Position numbers and translations under genes: made by a program. From positions 2,125 through 66,124 of the forward strand of contig JAVEVO010000007.1 of assembly GCA_034005005.1 (NCBI GenBank): DNA of 64,000 nt, in the 5' to 3' direction. A model generated the notes under the pieces. It was not told where the DNA came from, ran no database searches, and worked only from the letters and a program-made list of their open reading frames with translations. Below are positions 50,913 through 59,893 of the stretch, one piece after another (position 1 is the first letter of the stretch; each line of letters begins with the position of its first letter). Source of the stretch: Myxococcota bacterium (lineage in GTDB: Bacteria; Myxococcota_A; JAVEVO01).

Positions 50913-53860
50913 GGGCTCCGGATCCGTTCCCGGAAGCGGGCGTAGAGGAAGCCTCCCGCCAGCAGCGAGGCGCCCAGGGTCACCAGCACGACGATCTGGT
51001 AGACCCGCTCCAGGGACCAGACGTCCACGAGGGCCAGCTTGGCCAGGGCCACCCCGAAGAGGCCGATCCCCAGCAGCCGATGGAGCTTGCTGCCCGCGAC
51101 GAACCCGAGCAGCAGCAAGAAGCCGGCGTAGGCCGCGAGCACCACCGTCGTGACCATGGCCAGCTTGGTCCGCTGGTCCGCGAGCGCCTCGTGCCACAGG
51201 GCGGCCACGTCGCTGCCGAAGGGCGCCGGCGGCAGCACCGGGAGACGGGTCGCGACCAGGTGCGCCTCGCCGACGGCCAGCACGAGCGCGAGGAGGTGGC
51301 CGGCGACGAGCAGGATCGTCGCGGCCGGCCGGACGTCTGGCCGCCGGCGGGGCCCGAGCAACCAGGCACCAAGGACGAAGGTACCAAGCACCAGCAGCGC
51401 GCCCCAGGCCCGGGGATGCCCGAAGGGCGCCGGGAGGAGCAGCCCCTGCAGCCCCTGGGAGCTCCAGAACAGCCGCCGCTGCTCCTCGACCCAGCCGAGA
51501 TCCGTGGCCGCGAAGTGGCCGAAGACCGCCAGGCACGCGACGACGAACGCGACGAGCCAGCAGTGGTGAGGGAGGCGTCCCGCGACCGCCGCGAGGAGGG
51601 TCGTGAGCACTGCCCAGGCGCAGGTGAGCTGCACCCCGGACCAGAGCAGCCCACTCCCCCAGAAGGCGAAGAGGGCCGCGCCGAGCAACAGCCCGTCCGC
51701 GGGGCGCCCCGTGATGCGCGGGCTCGCCAGGGGCGTCGGCGCCGCCTCCGTCTTGGTCTCCGTCCCGTCTGCCGCAGCGGCTGGCCGGGACGCGCGCCGC
51801 TGCAGCCCCAGCCCCAGCAGCAGCAGGACGAGGGCCACCCCCAGGGCCAGCAGCCCCCGCGGGGTCGTCGCGGCCTCGGGCAGCACCGCCTGGGCCACGA
51901 GGAGCAGGCCGGCGCCGACCAGCAACGGCTGGGCGATCCGCCCGGGTGTGGCCGGCCGGGCGCGCCCCAGGAGGTCGACGCCGGTCGCGGCCCAGCCGAG
52001 CAGGGCCCACGCGCCGGTGAGGAGGAGCACCGCCTCGTGGGCGCTCTCCAGGCCGTGCACCCCGATCACCTGGAGCGCGACGAGGCTCGCGACCACGGCC
52101 GTCAGCCCGATTCCCGTCGAGCCGAGGACCAGCCCCAGCAGCAGGTAGCCGCCGGCCAGCCCGACGGTCAGCCCCGCGGCGAGCCGGGACGAGCCGGGGA
52201 CGAGCCAGAGCAGATCGAGGAGCCCGAGCAGCAGGCCGGGCAAGAGCAGCCCGAACCGGGTGCCCACGCGCGCGAGGTGGCCCGCGCGCCGGCCGTCGAT
52301 CAGCAACCCGGCGACGATCGCGGCCGTGCCGGCCCAGACGAGGAGCAAGGGCAGCCCGGGGATCTCGGGGCCGAGCCGCCCGGTGAGCGCGACCAGGGTC
52401 GACCAGCCGGTGGCGTAGGGCAAGAGCGACCACCCGCTGCGCTGGCGCCGGACGAACAGGACCGATCCGAGGCTCCACAGCAGGGCCGTCTCCCCCGCGG
52501 CGAGGACCGGATGATCGCGCAGCAGGAGGAACAGGCCGAGCTGGCTGGTCAGCAAGGTGCCGAGCAGGACGCGCCGGCCCCAATCGCCGAGGTCACGACC
52601 GTCCAGGGCCCGGGCGGTCACCAGGCCCTGGACCGCGAACAGCCCCAGGTACAGCAGCGGCGGCCAGCGGGAAGGGAGGTGGGCGTACTCGGCGGCGGGC
52701 CAGATCACCTGCACGAGCTGGTCGAGGCGGGAGAGGTCGAAGAAGCGAAGGTACCAGCCACCGAAGACGACCACCGAGCCCAGCCCGACCGTGGTCAGCG
52801 CGACGAGGAAACGACGGTGCACGGCCACGAGCAGCGCGGCCGAGGTCACCAGCAGCAGGTAGCCGAACAGGGCCACGGGCCGGTCCACGCCGGTCCCGAG
52901 GAGGACGGGGTTGAGCAAGGCGGCGACCAGGGAGAGCACGAGGATGGCCTCCGCGTCGTGGTGGAGCGCCAGGAACCCCCCGAGGACCGCGATCCCCGCG
53001 ATGAGCGCGAAGGCGAGGGCCGAAGGCAGCAGCGAATAGAACGAAAATGCTGCATAGACCGCCACCCAGAGGAGCGAAAGTCCCAAAGCCAGGATCCCCT
53101 GCAGGAAGAACGGGTGCAGGGGACGGGCGCGCCGTCCGGCCAGCTCGCCCCAGCCCAGCAGGGCCAGTCCCGCGACCAGCCCGAGCCCCACCCGGGCCCA
53201 GGGGCCGAGCCAGTCGTGGTCCACCGCCTCCTTGAAGAAGAACCCGGCGCCGACGATGAGCAGGAGCACCCCGATCCGGGGGAACCAGGTCAACCCCACC
53301 CGCTCCTCGAGGGTGATGGGCGCCGGGAGGGGCGAGGCGGCCGCGGGCCGCCGGGGTGGAGACGACGAGGAGACGGCGGCGCAGGCCGGGGCCGGGGCCG
53401 GGGCCGACTCCGGGGCCGGGGCCGCGGCTGCTACCGGGGCGGCTGCCTCGGCGGGGGCCGACTCCCCGGCCGGGGCCGCGGCGGTCACCGGGGCGGCTGC
53501 CTCGGCGGGGGCCGACTCCCCGGCCGGGGCCGCGGCGGTCACGGGGGCGGCTGCCTCGGCGGGGGCCGACTCCGGGGCCGGGGCCGCGGCGGTCACCGGG
53601 GCGGCTGCCTCGGCGGGGGCCGACTCCCCGGCCGGGGCCGCGGCTGCGGCCGGGGCCGCGTCCCGGGTGCGGACCGGCGCGCGCTGGCCGACGGCAGGCC
53701 GCTCCGGCATCCCGGCGAGCTCCGCGCGCAGCCGTGCGACCTCCTCGGCCAGCTTCTTGGTCGCGGTGCTCACCTGCAGGGCCACCAGCAAGGCGGTCAA
53801 GGGCAGCAGGACCAACAACGCTCCCAGGGCGATGACGACCAGCAAGGCCAGCTCGTCCAT
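50909..53860 (-). CDS. large polytopic membrane protein (DUF2339-like) with N-terminal coiled coil and an Ala/Pro repeat region
   Basis: ATG at 53860 after GGGGAGG ([19 protein letters not shown]...). More than 20 hydrophobic helices. The DUF2339 assignment is by overall look only. Confidence 0.7.
53400..53650. repeat. 54-bp tandem repeat, about 4.6 copies, in frame ([18 protein letters not shown] units)
   Basis: Units indexed at 53400, 53454, 53508, 53562 and 53616 (partial). A few substitutions between units. Confidence 0.9.
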
Positions 53861-54051
53861 GGCGACCTCCCCGTCGGGGTGTGGCGAGCCAGGGTCGACC
53901 CGAGCATACCCGGCCCCGGCCTCGCTGTCGAAGGGGATCCCGATTGTGAACAAAATCAGTTGACATTCTCCCGCACCCCCTCCATCCTGAACGAGGTGGC
54001 CGGCCCCGGACGAGCTGGGGCTCGTCGGCACGGTCGACCGCAGGAGCACCC

Positions 54052-55017
54052 ATGGCCAGGATCTACGAGGACGTCAGCCGGTCCATCGGCAACACTCCCC
54101 TGGTGCGCTTGAACCACCTCACCCAGGGGCTGTCCGCGACGGTGGTCGTGAAGCTCGAGGGACGCAACCCGACCGGCTCCGTGAAGTGTCGGCTCGGCGC
54201 GGCGCTGATCGGGGCCGCCGAGCGGGAGGGGCGGCTGATCCCCGGTTCCCGGGAGACCACCGTGATCGAGCCGACGTCCGGCAACACCGGCATCGCGCTC
54301 GCGGCGGTCTGCGCGGCCCGCGGCTACCCCCTGATCCTGACCATGCCCGAGACGATGTCGATCGAGCGGCGCAAGCTGCTCGCGGGCTTCGGTGCTCGTC
54401 TCGTCCTCACGGAAGGCGCCCGGGGGATGAAGGGTGCGATCGCCCGGGCCGAGGAGCTGGTGGCCGAGGACCCGGCCCACACCTTCCTGCCGCAGCAGTT
54501 CGCCAACCCGGCCAACGCCGAGATCCACCTCACCACCACGGGCCCGGAGATCTGGCAGGACACGGACGGCGAGCTCGACGTGCTCGTCGCCGGCGTCGGC
54601 ACGGGGGGCACGATCACCGGGGTCGCCCGCTACCTGAAGCAGGTCCGGCGCAAGCCCGTGTGGATCGTGGCGGTGGAGCCGGCCGAGTCCCCGGTGCTCA
54701 CCGCCTGCCGTCGCGGCGAGGCCCCCCAGCCCGGTCCCCACAAGATCCAGGGGATCGGCGCCGGCTTCAAGCCCGCGGTGCTCGACCTCGACCTCGTGGA
54801 CGAGGTGGCCCTGGTCACCGGCGAGGAGTCCCTCGCGACGGCCCGCCGGCTCCTCCGCGAGGAGGGGATCAGCGCCGGCATCTCCAGCGGCGCCGCGGCC
54901 GCGGTCGCCATCCGGCTCGCCGCGCTCCCCGAGCATGCCGGCAAGCGGATCGTCACGGTCCTCCCCGACGCGGGGGACCGCTACCTCAGCACCGCGCTCT
55001 TCGCGGGCCTCGAGTAG
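54052..55017 (+). CDS. cysK: cysteine synthase A (O-acetylserine sulfhydrylase)
   Basis: ORF track. [18 protein letters not shown] (PLP lysine), GTGGTITG. Confidence 0.9.
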   Translation: MARIYEDVSRSIGNTPLVRLNHLTQGLSATVVVKLEGRNPTGSVKCRLGAALIGAAEREGRLIPGSRETTVIEPTSGNTGIALAAVCAARGYPLILTMPETMSIERRKLLAGFGARLVLTEGARGMKGAIARAEELVAEDPAHTFLPQQFANPANAEIHLTTTGPEIWQDTDGELDVLVAGVGTGGTITGVARYLKQVRRKPVWIVAVEPAESPVLTACRRGEAPQPGPHKIQGIGAGFKPAVLDLDLVDEVALVTGEESLATARRLLREEGISAGISSGAAAAVAIRLAALPEHAGKRIVTVLPDAGDRYLSTALFAGLE

Positions 55018-55118
55018 CCGGGCAGCGAGTCACGGCCGGGATCCGGCTGGCCGGGGTGGGGTCGGGGGCAAGGGCGGGAAGCGGCCGCCGGGAGACCCGG
55101 CGCAGGCCGCCTGAGGGG

Positions 55119-55460
55119 CTACTCCTGCTCGTCCTCGAAGATCTTGTCGAACGCGGCGACGACCTTCTCGAGCTCCTCGTCGCTGTCGAGATCGGTGAAG
55201 CCCTGGGCCTCGCCCGCTTCGTTCTTCTCGACCCGCAGGATCAGGGCGGAGCCCCCCTCGTCCTCGTCGTCCTCTTCTTCGTCGTCTTCGGGCACCGGCG
55301 CGAAGAGGGCGTACTCGTTCCCCGCGACCTCGACGGTCTCGACGAGGATGTACTCGGCCTCGTTCCCTTCCTCGTCCGGGAAGACGTACAGCTCCTGGCC
55401 CTCGTGATCCTCGCCGCAGTCGGCGCAGCACTCGTGATCGTGGTCACCCTTGTTGGTCAT
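55119..55460 (-). CDS. DUF1292-like acidic small protein with Cys/His-rich N-terminus
   Basis: ATG at 55460 after AGGAG. MTNKGDHDHECCADCGEDHEGQELYVFPDEEGNEAEYILVETVEVAGNEYALF. Confidence 0.7.
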   Translation of the reverse strand: MTNKGDHDHECCADCGEDHEGQELYVFPDEEGNEAEYILVETVEVAGNEYALFAPVPEDDEEEDDEDEGGSALILRVEKNEAGEAQGFTDLDSDEELEKVVAAFDKIFEDEQE

Positions 55461-55716
55461 TGGAATCTCCTGTGCCCGGGATCGTGGCCTGCACAAGGTA
55501 CGGGAGGGAATCGAAAACCGCAATCGGGATCTGCAGCCGGGAGCAGGGGTGCACCGCGGCCGCGGCGGGTGCCGCCGACCGGGTCGACAAGGCTGCGGCG
55601 GCCCGCTACTCTCGGACCGCCTGCGACCTGCGACACGTCACCGCGGCCGCCGAGGACCCAACAGTGAGCCAGCGACCCGCCCCTGCCCGCCTTCGGCTCC
55701 GCCCCAGGCACCCCTG

Positions 55717-57450
55717 ATGCGCGTGCTGTTGCTCTACCCGCCCCAGCAGGCGTGGTACGGTCCCCACCTCGGCCTCCCGTCCCTGACGGCCTTTTTGCGC
55801 CGCGCCGGGCTCGAGGTCCGCCAGCGAGACCTGAACCAGGAGCTCAACCGGCGCCTCCTGGCCCCCCGCTGGCTCGCCCGGGCGCTGGCGCGCGCCCGGG
55901 AGCGCGCCCGCCGCGGCGGGCCCCTGCCCGCGACCTTCGCCCCCGCGCTGGGCTGGGCCGAGGCGGCGCAGGAGCGCGTCGTCGAGGCCTTGCCCGGGGC
56001 CCTGGCCGTCCTGCGCGATCCGGCCCGGCTGGCGGACGACGCGGCGCTGGCCCAGGCCTTCGGCACCCTGGGTGAGGCGTACGCCCTGTTCAGCATCGGC
56101 TGGCACCCCACCGCGGTGGGCAGCAGCCTGCAGCTCCCCGCCAACCCCTGCTGCGCGGCCGAGGTCCTCGCGGCCGTCGCCGACGAGCGGCACAACCCCT
56201 ACCGGGAGCTGTACCGCGAGGAGGTGCTCCCGGAGCTGCTGGCCGACCCCTGGCAGCCCGACCTCATCGGCCTCGGCCTGACCTACGAGGAGCAGCTCGT
56301 CCCCGGCCTGACCCTGGCCAAGCTGCTGGGCGAAGCCCTGCCCGAGACGCCCCTCGTGCTCGGCGGGGCCCTGCTCTCCCGTTTGCTGCCGGCCTTTCGC
56401 CGGGCCGGCCGCTTCCCCGCGGCGTTCGCCCCGGCCGCCCACGTCGTCGTCCACGAGGGCGAGACCGCCCTGCTGCGCCTCTGCGAGGCCCTGGACTCCC
56501 GGCGGCCACCGGGCCCGGAGCTCCCCAACCTGCTCAGCCCCCTCCCCGGGGGCGGGCTGCAGCTCGGCCCGGCCCTCCAGGAGGACGTCGCGACCTTGCC
56601 AACCCCGGACTTCGGAGGTCTGGTCCTTCGGGACTATCTGCTGGCCGAGCCCATCCTGCCCCTGCTCACCAGCCGGGGCTGCTACTGGGGGCGCTGCGGC
56701 TTCTGCACGCACCACGGGGGCTACGGCGAGCAGGGGGGCTACCGCGCCCGGCCCGTCGCGCAGGTCGCGGACGATCTGGCCACCCTCCGGCGGCGCGACG
56801 GGGCGCGCGTGGTCTACCTCGTCGACGAGGCGGTCCCCCTGCGCAACCTGCGCGCGGTGGCCCGGGCCAACCGAGAGGGCGGGCTGGGGCTGGGCTGGTT
56901 CGGTGACGTGCGACTGGAGCGGGGCCTGACCCGGGCGCTCCTCGACGAGCTGCGGGCGGGCGGCTGCCAGATGCTGATCTTCGGCCAGGAGTCGGGCAGC
57001 CAGGCCTCCCTCGACCGCATGGGCAAGGGGATCACCGTCGACCAGGCGCGGCGCATCCTGCGGGACGCGACCGCGGCCGGGATCTTCACCGTCGGCATGT
57101 TCTTCATCGGCTTCCCGGGCGAGACCCTGCTCGACGCCGAGAGGACACGGCGGTTCCTGGAGGAAGAGCGCGCCCATCTCGGCGCCTGGGGCCTCGGCGC
57201 GTTCTCCTTGCTCGAGGGATCGCCCGCCTTCCGACGACCGGCCGACCACGGCATCACCTGGATCGGGGCCGAGCCCGCGGACGGCGAGCTGGGCAACCGC
57301 TACGCCTACCGCCTCCGGCAAGGGATCGACGAGGGCTCGGCCGGCCGCATCGCGGAGGCCATCCGCCGCCGCCTGGGCGCCGAGGAGGCGCCCGCGAGCC
57401 TCTTCCCCCGGGAGCTCCACGCCTTGCGCCGCACCTTCGCCGCAGGCTGA
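55717..57450 (+). CDS. B12-binding-domain radical SAM protein
   Basis: In-frame ATG at 55717 (MRVLLLYPPQQAW...). Cluster motif reads SRGCYWGRCGFC, i.e. Cx4Cx2C. Also GQESGSQASLDRMGKG. Confidence 0.8.
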   Translation: MRVLLLYPPQQAWYGPHLGLPSLTAFLRRAGLEVRQRDLNQELNRRLLAPRWLARALARARERARRGGPLPATFAPALGWAEAAQERVVEALPGALAVLRDPARLADDAALAQAFGTLGEAYALFSIGWHPTAVGSSLQLPANPCCAAEVLAAVADERHNPYRELYREEVLPELLADPWQPDLIGLGLTYEEQLVPGLTLAKLLGEALPETPLVLGGALLSRLLPAFRRAGRFPAAFAPAAHVVVHEGETALLRLCEALDSRRPPGPELPNLLSPLPGGGLQLGPALQEDVATLPTPDFGGLVLRDYLLAEPILPLLTSRGCYWGRCGFCTHHGGYGEQGGYRARPVAQVADDLATLRRRDGARVVYLVDEAVPLRNLRAVARANREGGLGLGWFGDVRLERGLTRALLDELRAGGCQMLIFGQESGSQASLDRMGKGITVDQARRILRDATAAGIFTVGMFFIGFPGETLLDAERTRRFLEEERAHLGAWGLGAFSLLEGSPAFRRPADHGITWIGAEPADGELGNRYAYRLRQGIDEGSAGRIAEAIRRRLGAEEAPASLFPRELHALRRTFAAG

Positions 57451-57485
57451 ACCCCGGCGGCCGGGGCCAGCCCGGCGCCGCCGCC

Positions 57486-58739
57486 TCAGGCCGGAGCCGA
57501 GGTGGACGGCAAGCGCCGGAGCGCGGCCAGCCGCGGGCCGAGGGGCGGGTGCGAGCTCGTCAGCAGCACCAGCAGGGGATGGGGTGCCGGGTGGTTGAGC
57601 CCGGAGGCGGCCAGCTTCTCGAGCGCGGCGAGCAAGGGAGCGGGGCTCCCGGTGGTCTCGGCCGCGAAGCGATCCGCCTCGAACTCCCAGCGCCGGGAGA
57701 GCCAGCGCAGCCCGATCCCGAGGAGCAGCTCGAGGGGCGAGAAGAGCAGGCCGAAGAGCGCGAAGCCGGCGTGCACCGACGGGCCGCTCAGCCAGAAGGC
57801 CTCTGCCAGCGGGCGGCTCTCCACGATCAGGGACAGCAGGAAGAGCAGCAGGCCGGTCTGGACCATGGCCAGCAGCATCCCCTTGAGCTGGTGACCGCGC
57901 CGGCTGTGGCCGATCTCGTGGGCCAGCACCGCGACCACCTCCGGGAGCGAGTGGCCCGTCAGCAAGGTGTCGAAGAGCGCGACCCGCCGAGTCCGGCCGA
58001 AGCCCGTGAAGAACGCGTTGGCGCGGCTGGTCCGCCGCGAGCCGTCGACGACGTGGATGTCCGCGAGGGGGAACCGCTGCCGGGCCGCGTAGTCCGCGAT
58101 CGCATCCCGCAGTTCCCCCGCCGGCAAGGAGGTGAAGCGATGGAAGAGCGGCAGCACGAGGCGGGGCACCACGAGCTGCAGCAAGGGGAGCAGCAGGATC
58201 ACCCCCCCCCAGCAGACCAGCCACGCCGAAGGGCCCAGCCGCAGGAAGAGCTCGAGGAGCAGCGCGAGCAGGACGCCACCCAGCACTGCACCAAGGGCCC
58301 AAGATTTGAGATGATCCAGGAGGAAAGTACCAATCGTCGTCCGGTTGAAGCCGTACTCCTCCTCGATCCAGAAGACCGACCACACCTGGAAGGGCAGGGA
58401 CGCGAGCTCGCCGGCCAGGGCCAGCAGGCCGAGGAACAAGAGCCCCGCCAGCAAGGGAGAGCTCGTCGCCGTGCGCACGGCCTCGTCGAGCACGCCGAAG
58501 CCGCCGGCGAACCAGAAGAGGAGCAAGAGCAGCAGCTCCACGGAGGAGCCGAGAAGGGACAGCCGCGTGCGCCGCGCGGCGTACCCCTGGACCCGGGCGT
58601 AGAGCTCCGGGGGGTAGAGGTGGGCGAGGTCCGGGGGGACCGGGCGCCGCAAGGCGCGCAGGCTGAGCAGCTCGGCGACCCGCCGCAGCAGGAAGATCGC
58701 CACGAGCGACCCCAGCACGAAGAGGCCGAGGCCGTTCAT
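57486..58739 (-). CDS. M48-family (Ste24/HtpX-like) zinc metallopeptidase
   Basis: ATG at 58739 (MNGLGLFVLGSL...). Multiple TM helices. HEIGHSRRGH contains the HExxH motif. Confidence 0.85.
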   Translation of the reverse strand: MNGLGLFVLGSLVAIFLLRRVAELLSLRALRRPVPPDLAHLYPPELYARVQGYAARRTRLSLLGSSVELLLLLLFWFAGGFGVLDEAVRTATSSPLLAGLLFLGLLALAGELASLPFQVWSVFWIEEEYGFNRTTIGTFLLDHLKSWALGAVLGGVLLALLLELFLRLGPSAWLVCWGGVILLLPLLQLVVPRLVLPLFHRFTSLPAGELRDAIADYAARQRFPLADIHVVDGSRRTSRANAFFTGFGRTRRVALFDTLLTGHSLPEVVAVLAHEIGHSRRGHQLKGMLLAMVQTGLLLFLLSLIVESRPLAEAFWLSGPSVHAGFALFGLLFSPLELLLGIGLRWLSRRWEFEADRFAAETTGSPAPLLAALEKLAASGLNHPAPHPLLVLLTSSHPPLGPRLAALRRLPSTSAPA

Positions 58740-58797
58740 CACGCGCCGGTGCGGGGCGGTCGCCGCGGGGGGGGCACCCGGGTGGAGGCCGACCGGT

Positions 58798-59514
58798 TCA
58801 TGGGTGGCCGAGCCAGCCGTCGACCAGCCGGGGCAGGGCGACCTCGGCCCCCTCGGCGATCTCCTGGTGGAAGGGCCCACCCGACGGCCGCGGGTTGATC
58901 TCGACGCAGTGCGCGCCCGCCCGCCGGGCACGCAGGGAGAAGCCGGCCGCGGGATAGACCGCGCCCGAGGTCCCCACGGCGAGGAACAAGGAGCACTTCC
59001 CGAGGGCCTGGTCGATCCGCTCCATGTGCAAGGGCACCTCGCCGAACCAGACCACGGCCGGGCGCAAGGGTGCGGAGCAGCGGGGGCAGAGCCAGTGCTC
59101 CTCCTGATCGCTGCCGATCTCGTGGTGGGGGTGGCCCTGGTCGCGCTCGCAGCGCAGCAGGCGCAGGGACCCGTGCATCTCGATCACCTCGAGCGCCCCC
59201 GCCGCCTGGAGCAACCCGTCGATGTTCTGGGTGACCAGGACCACCCGGGTGGCGCCGAGCGCCTGCTGGAGCCGGGCCAGGGCGACGTGCCCGGGGTTGG
59301 GGCGGGCGCGGGCCAGATCACGGCGCCGCTCGTCGTAGAACGTGCGCACCAGCCTCCGGTCCGCATACCACCCCTCCGGCGTCGCGACCTCCTCGATGCG
59401 GTACGACGCCCACAGCCCGTCGGCGTCCCGGAAGGTCGGGATGCCCGAGGGGGCCGAGAGCCCCGCGCCGGAGAGGACGACGATCGAACCTTGCTCGGGC
59501 AGCTTCACGCTCAC
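58798..59514 (-). CDS. cobB: NAD-dependent protein deacylase, Sir2/CobB family
   Basis: ORF track (GTG start). GAGLSAPSGIPTFRD, TQNIDGL, and HG followed by Cys pairs. Confidence 0.9.
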   Translation of the reverse strand: MSVKLPEQGSIVVLSGAGLSAPSGIPTFRDADGLWASYRIEEVATPEGWYADRRLVRTFYDERRRDLARARPNPGHVALARLQQALGATRVVLVTQNIDGLLQAAGALEVIEMHGSLRLLRCERDQGHPHHEIGSDQEEHWLCPRCSAPLRPAVVWFGEVPLHMERIDQALGKCSLFLAVGTSGAVYPAAGFSLRARRAGAHCVEINPRPSGGPFHQEIAEGAEVALPRLVDGWLGHP

Positions 59515-59587
59515 CAGCCAGCTCCCTGTCCGTCATGTCCTCCCGGTTATCCGCGGATCCGGCGCAGATGACAAGACCCTGGCGAGG

Positions 59588-59642
59588 GAGGAGCGAGGAG
59601 CGAGGAGCGAGGAACGAGGAGCGAGGAACGAGGAATGAGGAG
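59588..59642. repeat. heptanucleotide array (GAGGARY), split by the MITE and continuing at 59864-59885
   Basis: Units indexed at 59588, 59595, 59602, 59609, 59616, 59623, 59630 and 59637. Phase is restored after removing the element and one TSD copy. Confidence 0.85.
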
Positions 59643-59853
59643 GGTGCAGCCGGTCCGAGTGGGCGGATTGCTTGCCAATCTCCTCCTGCACCCGGCTCGA
59701 GCTGCAAAATCTCTCGCAGAGCCGTAGAGTTCGCAGAGAAAAGTGCCCAGCTGGCTGAGCCCTCTGCGGCTCTGCGGCTCTGCGAGAAAATTCTTTTCGT
59801 GCGGGGAGTTGTGCCAAGGCCTCGCTGCTCGCTCACCGGGATGATCTGCACCC
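59643..59853. mobile_element. 211-bp MITE-like non-autonomous element, copy B
   Basis: Same orientation and length as copy A, with 7 mismatches. Flanked by a perfect 10-bp direct repeat GAATGAGGAG (59633-59642 and 59854-59863). Confidence 0.8.
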
Positions 59854-59893
59854 GAATGAGGAGCGAGAAACCAGGAACCAGGAGTGGTCCCCC

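Noticed and set aside
53400-53650. Regular 54-bp repeats as a possible CRISPR array
   Set aside because: The units are directly adjacent with no spacers, they are in frame inside a coding sequence, and no cas genes are present.
55606-58383. 925-aa minus-strand ORF
   Set aside because: Antisense to the radical SAM gene and out of frame with the M48 peptidase. Low-complexity translation.
58798-59514. Sir2-family protein as a possible anti-phage defence component (Thoeris, DSR or SIR2-HerA type)
   Set aside because: At 238 aa it has only the canonical CobB deacylase core. It has no fused or adjacent TIR, HerA, pAgo or DUF effector, and its neighbour is a housekeeping-type M48 peptidase.
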